A stretch of 27,786 nt of DNA. It comes from a virus (Duplodnaviria > Caudoviricetes). A program made the translations under genes and the position numbers. Shown here piece by piece: positions 24,460-27,786 of this stretch. Numbering within the stretch: position 1 is the first letter of the stretch; the number at the start of each line of letters is the position of its first letter. The DNA is taken from positions 1-27,786 of IMG/VR virus record IMGVR_UViG_3300005512_000263; one strand, written 5' to 3'. A model generated the notes under the pieces. That model was not told the DNA's origin. It saw nothing but the letters and a program-made list of their open reading frames with translations, and searched no databases.

Positions 24460-27400
24460 TTATCTGGCCTGTTGAATCCTTTGGAACAATGCCTTCGATA
24501 TCTGACTTTTTATCTTATTCAGCCGGTCTATTTTTTCTTGTTTTTCAAGTCCCGGGATGTCTGCGCGCTGGACCCGTTTCAGCTCTTGGTTAATCTCAGC
24601 CAGGGCAGACCGAATTTTATTTACCGGAGTTTTCATTGAAATAAGGTCTTTCTCTTTCTCGTAAAAGTCCTTTGCCTTGTCCACCTGGCCTGTTTTTACG
24701 TAATGGCTCAGGGTCCGGTGAGCGCTGTCAACCTCTTCATACAACTTATAAAAGCGCGTGATATACTTGGTTGACCTGGGCTCACCCGTTTCCTTGATCC
24801 TCAGCATAAACGGGTTTGAAGCCCTGGAAGGCTTGTCTGGATAATCCATGGCCCATCTTGTCACAACGTCCGTTCCGGTAAGCACCATGGCCCCAATCGT
24901 TGACAAATAGCCATTGACATAATGCTGCAATTTTATAGGGGAAACATTCAGCGCGCCGCCGATCATTCTCATGGTGTCTGCTGTCCATGGCTGGTATTGC
25001 TCAGACGGCCTCAAGCTGGCCATGCTGTCGGGCACGATTGCCCTTCCACGGAATGTGTCCTTGTTAAACCGCTCTTCAATGACCGGCTTGAAAAGCTGTG
25101 GGATGTCAACATTGAAAACCGAATGTGACGTGAATTTAAACCAGTCCCAGACAAACTTTCCCTCTTCCGTCTTATTCTGGACATTGCCGATACTTTCCGG
25201 CAGACTGCAGAACAGGGCGCCAATCTCAAAGGGCTTTGGCAGCCGGTAATGGTCGTCTCCGATCCAAAAGTGAAAGTATGTCCATTTGTCCCAATCTTCC
25301 AAATCTTTATACCGGTCGTCATCTTTAAATTGTGCCCATAAGGCCATGGCGGCCGTGGTCAATAAAGCGGACTTTAAAAGAAATGCTTTCGGATTTTCTC
25401 TTGAAGCCCTGCCCAATTTATAAAGGGCCTGGAACCTGGCATTCAGAAACGGGACGATCCGGGTTAATATCTGAACCGTCTGTGAAGACCCGCGCATGGA
25501 AAAATCCATTAAGTCGCGGCCTTCAAACCCGGCGTCAAAGTTGCTCATGCCTTTTTTCTTCAGGTTCGTGTAAAGCCCTAACCTGGCAGCATTTTCAGAA
25601 GCAGACCCGATCTTATCCCATAGTCTGAACAACTTATTGTCCCATGGCCTTAAGGGGTCAATTATCCTCCGCAGTGCCCCCTTGCCCTCATGCCTGATAA
25701 TCCGTTTAAGGAACCTTGACCCCTCCTTCGGATTATCAGAGTTGACATAGGAAGACCCGAACCCAAACCCGGACGCCATGTATTCAATATAATCCGCATC
25801 CTCTCTCATGGCTTTCAAGAAACCTCTGGCCGTGTCCATGAACGGAACGAAAGATTTTGATACAACCGACGTATGAACCGTGTCACGGATCATATTCCGG
25901 ATACGGAAAGCAGGCCCGAAGGTTGCCCCGTAAGACAGCAGTCTTTTTGCGCCCCCCATCATCCGCATGAAAACATTGTTGAAGGCTGCGGTGTCTACTT
26001 CTGAAAGTGCTTCAAACAAATCCATGTCATCGGTCTTGAAATAGACGGCCTCCCCATTCTTCTGGAAAGACAAAATGCCATGATCCCTCATGCTGCCGAA
26101 CACCACCTTATATGTGGTGCGCGGTTCAACCTTATAGTTGCCCTTCCCCTTGTCAGCCAGATCATAGGCCCATGCGTCGGCCTCTTCTTTCGTGTCAAAG
26201 ATATCCCTTGCCTTTTTGGCTCCTTCTTTTATGACGGCAAACCGCTTGATGGTTTCAGACCCAAGGACCTTCACGAGGTCTTTTTTAGAGACTTCTTTTA
26301 TAATCCCCACATGGCTTCCGACTTCAAACGCTGCAGACCTGGCCCTGTTCATTGCTGCCGCGTCAATAAGGTGCATCCAGTTTGTCATCAGGTTTTCCAA
26401 AGGGTCCCCGATCTTGGCATTGCCGCCCTTTAATTTCTTAATTTGCGCGGAAATATGTTTCTTGCTGCGATGGGGTCCGGACAAGAACTCCTGCTTCGTG
26501 GTCTCGTCCTCGAAAATCCGATAAAAGGGGATATAAAAGTTTGACTCCCACATTGCCCGGGCTTCCGGGTCAATCAGCCCGGCTTGTTCTGCAATGTCCA
26601 GGACATTCTTATTGATGGTCTGGAATCGTAAATTCAATTCCTTCCAGGATTTACCGCTTTTGGAATGGGTCCCGACCTTGGCAAATATTTTTTCCCGGGC
26701 ATCTTTGTCCAGCCAGTTTTCCCGGCCTTCTGCTTCAAGCTGTTCGGCCCGTTTGGCAGACACCCAATATAAAAGGTTCTGCCAGTCAGGCCCGATGGAT
26801 TTAAGGAACGGCAGCACGCCCTTGTTCCTTGTCGTCACGGTCAGCGCATCATCGGCCCATGACAATGGACCATGCTCAAGGAACATGGCAAAGGTGGCCG
26901 TCTTGACCCCGGTAAGCTGCCGGTGCAGTTTATAAGACCGGTCGTCCAGCCGTTTTTTAATCGGGTATAGCCGGTCAAGGGTTTTTGTGATAAACTTTTC
27001 TGCAGCAATCGCCCGGTCTTCTTTTGACATTGCCTTATCGACCAGTGCTGCCGCTTCTTCCCGGATGGTCGGATCTGAATCGAATTTTTCCTTGATGATG
27101 TCATCTGAGGTTGAGAACCTGATATCCGGGTTGCTTTGGTCCCATGTGCCTTTGTTAAAGACTGATTTTATCTGGGTGGGGGAGAAGGCGACTACTTCTG
27201 TAAGTGTTCTTTCTTTTGGTAAAGATTTCGCTAGTTTTTCGCCATAAGAAGATACAACATCGCCATACTGCATCCCTCTTTTTAAAGAAGTCTCCAGCAT
27301 TTTTTTTGTAGCAAAAGGAGGTAGATCCCTATAAATTTCTGCCCATAGCTTATCACTAATAGGTTGATCGGATTTTATAATGTCCGTGTAAACAAAGACA

Positions 27401-27786
27401 CCATCATATCCTTGATCCATAAGCTCTTTTGTCTTTTCTAATGATGCTCTTTCCCCTCCAATACCACGGAGCGACTTGCCTTCATTCTTACGCCAATCAT
27501 ATGGTTTTTCAATTTTCACATATAATGGGTATATTTGTGGGGTTCCGGCGTTTGCATATTGGTTTGCTATTTCTGGATCAGGGGTAAGGTAAAATCCGCT
27601 TGAAAACCATCCGGTGTCTGTTGTTCTGCTTTTTTTAAGAGAATCAAATTCTGTGAAATTGCTCGGGCTACCATGGTATAATTTTAACGGCTCCGACCCA
27701 GCCTTCCCATCAACCGTGACAACAGAATCACCAAACCATTCCTTGAAAGCTGGGGTATCGGTGTTTCTCTGCTGCCCATCTTCTGA
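24460..27786 (-). CDS. Large polyvalent (probably ejected) protein with ART-PolyVal and C-terminal LPD38 domains; 5' end outside the window
   Basis: Frame is open to the window edge: TPAFKEWFGDS...LYHGS...GFYLT...YPLYV...GYDGV...EVVAFSPTQIKS...NPDIRFS; C-terminal PFLNARFQ...RLPKPFEIG...PIV. Confidence 0.85.
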   Translation of the reverse strand, partial: SEDGQQRNTDTPAFKEWFGDSVVTVDGKAGSEPLKLYHGSPSNFTEFDSLKKSRTTDTGWFSSGFYLTPDPEIANQYANAGTPQIYPLYVKIEKPYDWRKNEGKSLRGIGGERASLEKTKELMDQGYDGVFVYTDIIKSDQPISDKLWAEIYRDLPPFATKKMLETSLKRGMQYGDVVSSYGEKLAKSLPKERTLTEVVAFSPTQIKSVFNKGTWDQSNPDIRFSTSDDIIKEKFDSDPTIREEAAALVDKAMSKEDRAIAAEKFITKTLDRLYPIKKRLDDRSYKLHRQLTGVKTATFAMFLEHGPLSWADDALTVTTRNKGVLPFLKSIGPDWQNLLYWVSAKRAEQLEAEGRENWLDKDAREKIFAKVGTHSKSGKSWKELNLRFQTINKNVLDIAEQAGLIDPEARAMWESNFYIPFYRIFEDETTKQEFLSGPHRSKKHISAQIKKLKGGNAKIGDPLENLMTNWMHLIDAAAMNRARSAAFEVGSHVGIIKEVSKKDLVKVLGSETIKRFAVIKEGAKKARDIFDTKEEADAWAYDLADKGKGNYKVEPRTTYKVVFGSMRDHGILSFQKNGEAVYFKTDDMDLFEALSEVDTAAFNNVFMRMMGGAKRLLSYGATFGPAFRIRNMIRDTVHTSVVSKSFVPFMDTARGFLKAMREDADYIEYMASGFGFGSSYVNSDNPKEGSRFLKRIIRHEGKGALRRIIDPLRPWDNKLFRLWDKIGSASENAARLGLYTNLKKKGMSNFDAGFEGRDLMDFSMRGSSQTVQILTRIVPFLNARFQALYKLGRASRENPKAFLLKSALLTTAAMALWAQFKDDDRYKDLEDWDKWTYFHFWIGDDHYRLPKPFEIGALFCSLPESIGNVQNKTEEGKFVWDWFKFTSHSVFNVDIPQLFKPVIEERFNKDTFRGRAIVPDSMASLRPSEQYQPWTADTMRMIGGALNVSPIKLQHYVNGYLSTIGAMVLTGTDVVTRWAMDYPDKPSRASNPFMLRIKETGEPRSTKYITRFYKLYEEVDSAHRTLSHYVKTGQVDKAKDFYEKEKDLISMKTPVNKIRSALAEINQELKRVQRADIPGLEKQEKIDRLNKIKSQISKALFQRIQQAR

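Noticed and set aside
21688-24460. Complete diversity-generating retroelement
   Set aside because: No reverse transcriptase, Avd or template repeat visible in the window; only the variation pattern is reported

Overview
A 27.8-kb stretch of a temperate tailed phage, apparently in excised/attP configuration. Left to right: a small rightward accessory operon (Arr-like ADP-ribosyltransferase, Zn/RHH protein); a long leftward replication/recombination operon (Cro, Sak4-like ATPase, DUF669 SSB, Cas4-like nuclease, VRR-NUC, SF2 helicase, TOPRIM primase); a CI/Cro switch; a rightward accessory operon ending in xis and a tyrosine integrase; an attP carrying the 5' half of tRNA-Arg(CCG); then leftward lysis, virion and tail genes (a DUF285/BspA LRR adhesin and a large ART-PolyVal/LPD38 polyvalent protein). 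The main discovery is a phage-borne integron-like system with no IntI in the window. Two matching 61-bp attI-like platforms (2510-2570 minus, 15154-15214 plus) are each followed first by a DNA methyltransferase cassette. The right array has six cassettes whose attC-like hairpins all use a non-canonical AAT/ATT core instead of AAC/GTT. Other notable signals: a candidate trans-acting antisense RNA (14375-14401 vs 10711-10737), a possible -1 frameshift fusing the repressor to a PAS-like domain, DGR-like codon variation in the adhesin repeats, and a deleted HNH endonuclease remnant. All family calls come from motif recognition by eye, not database searches.
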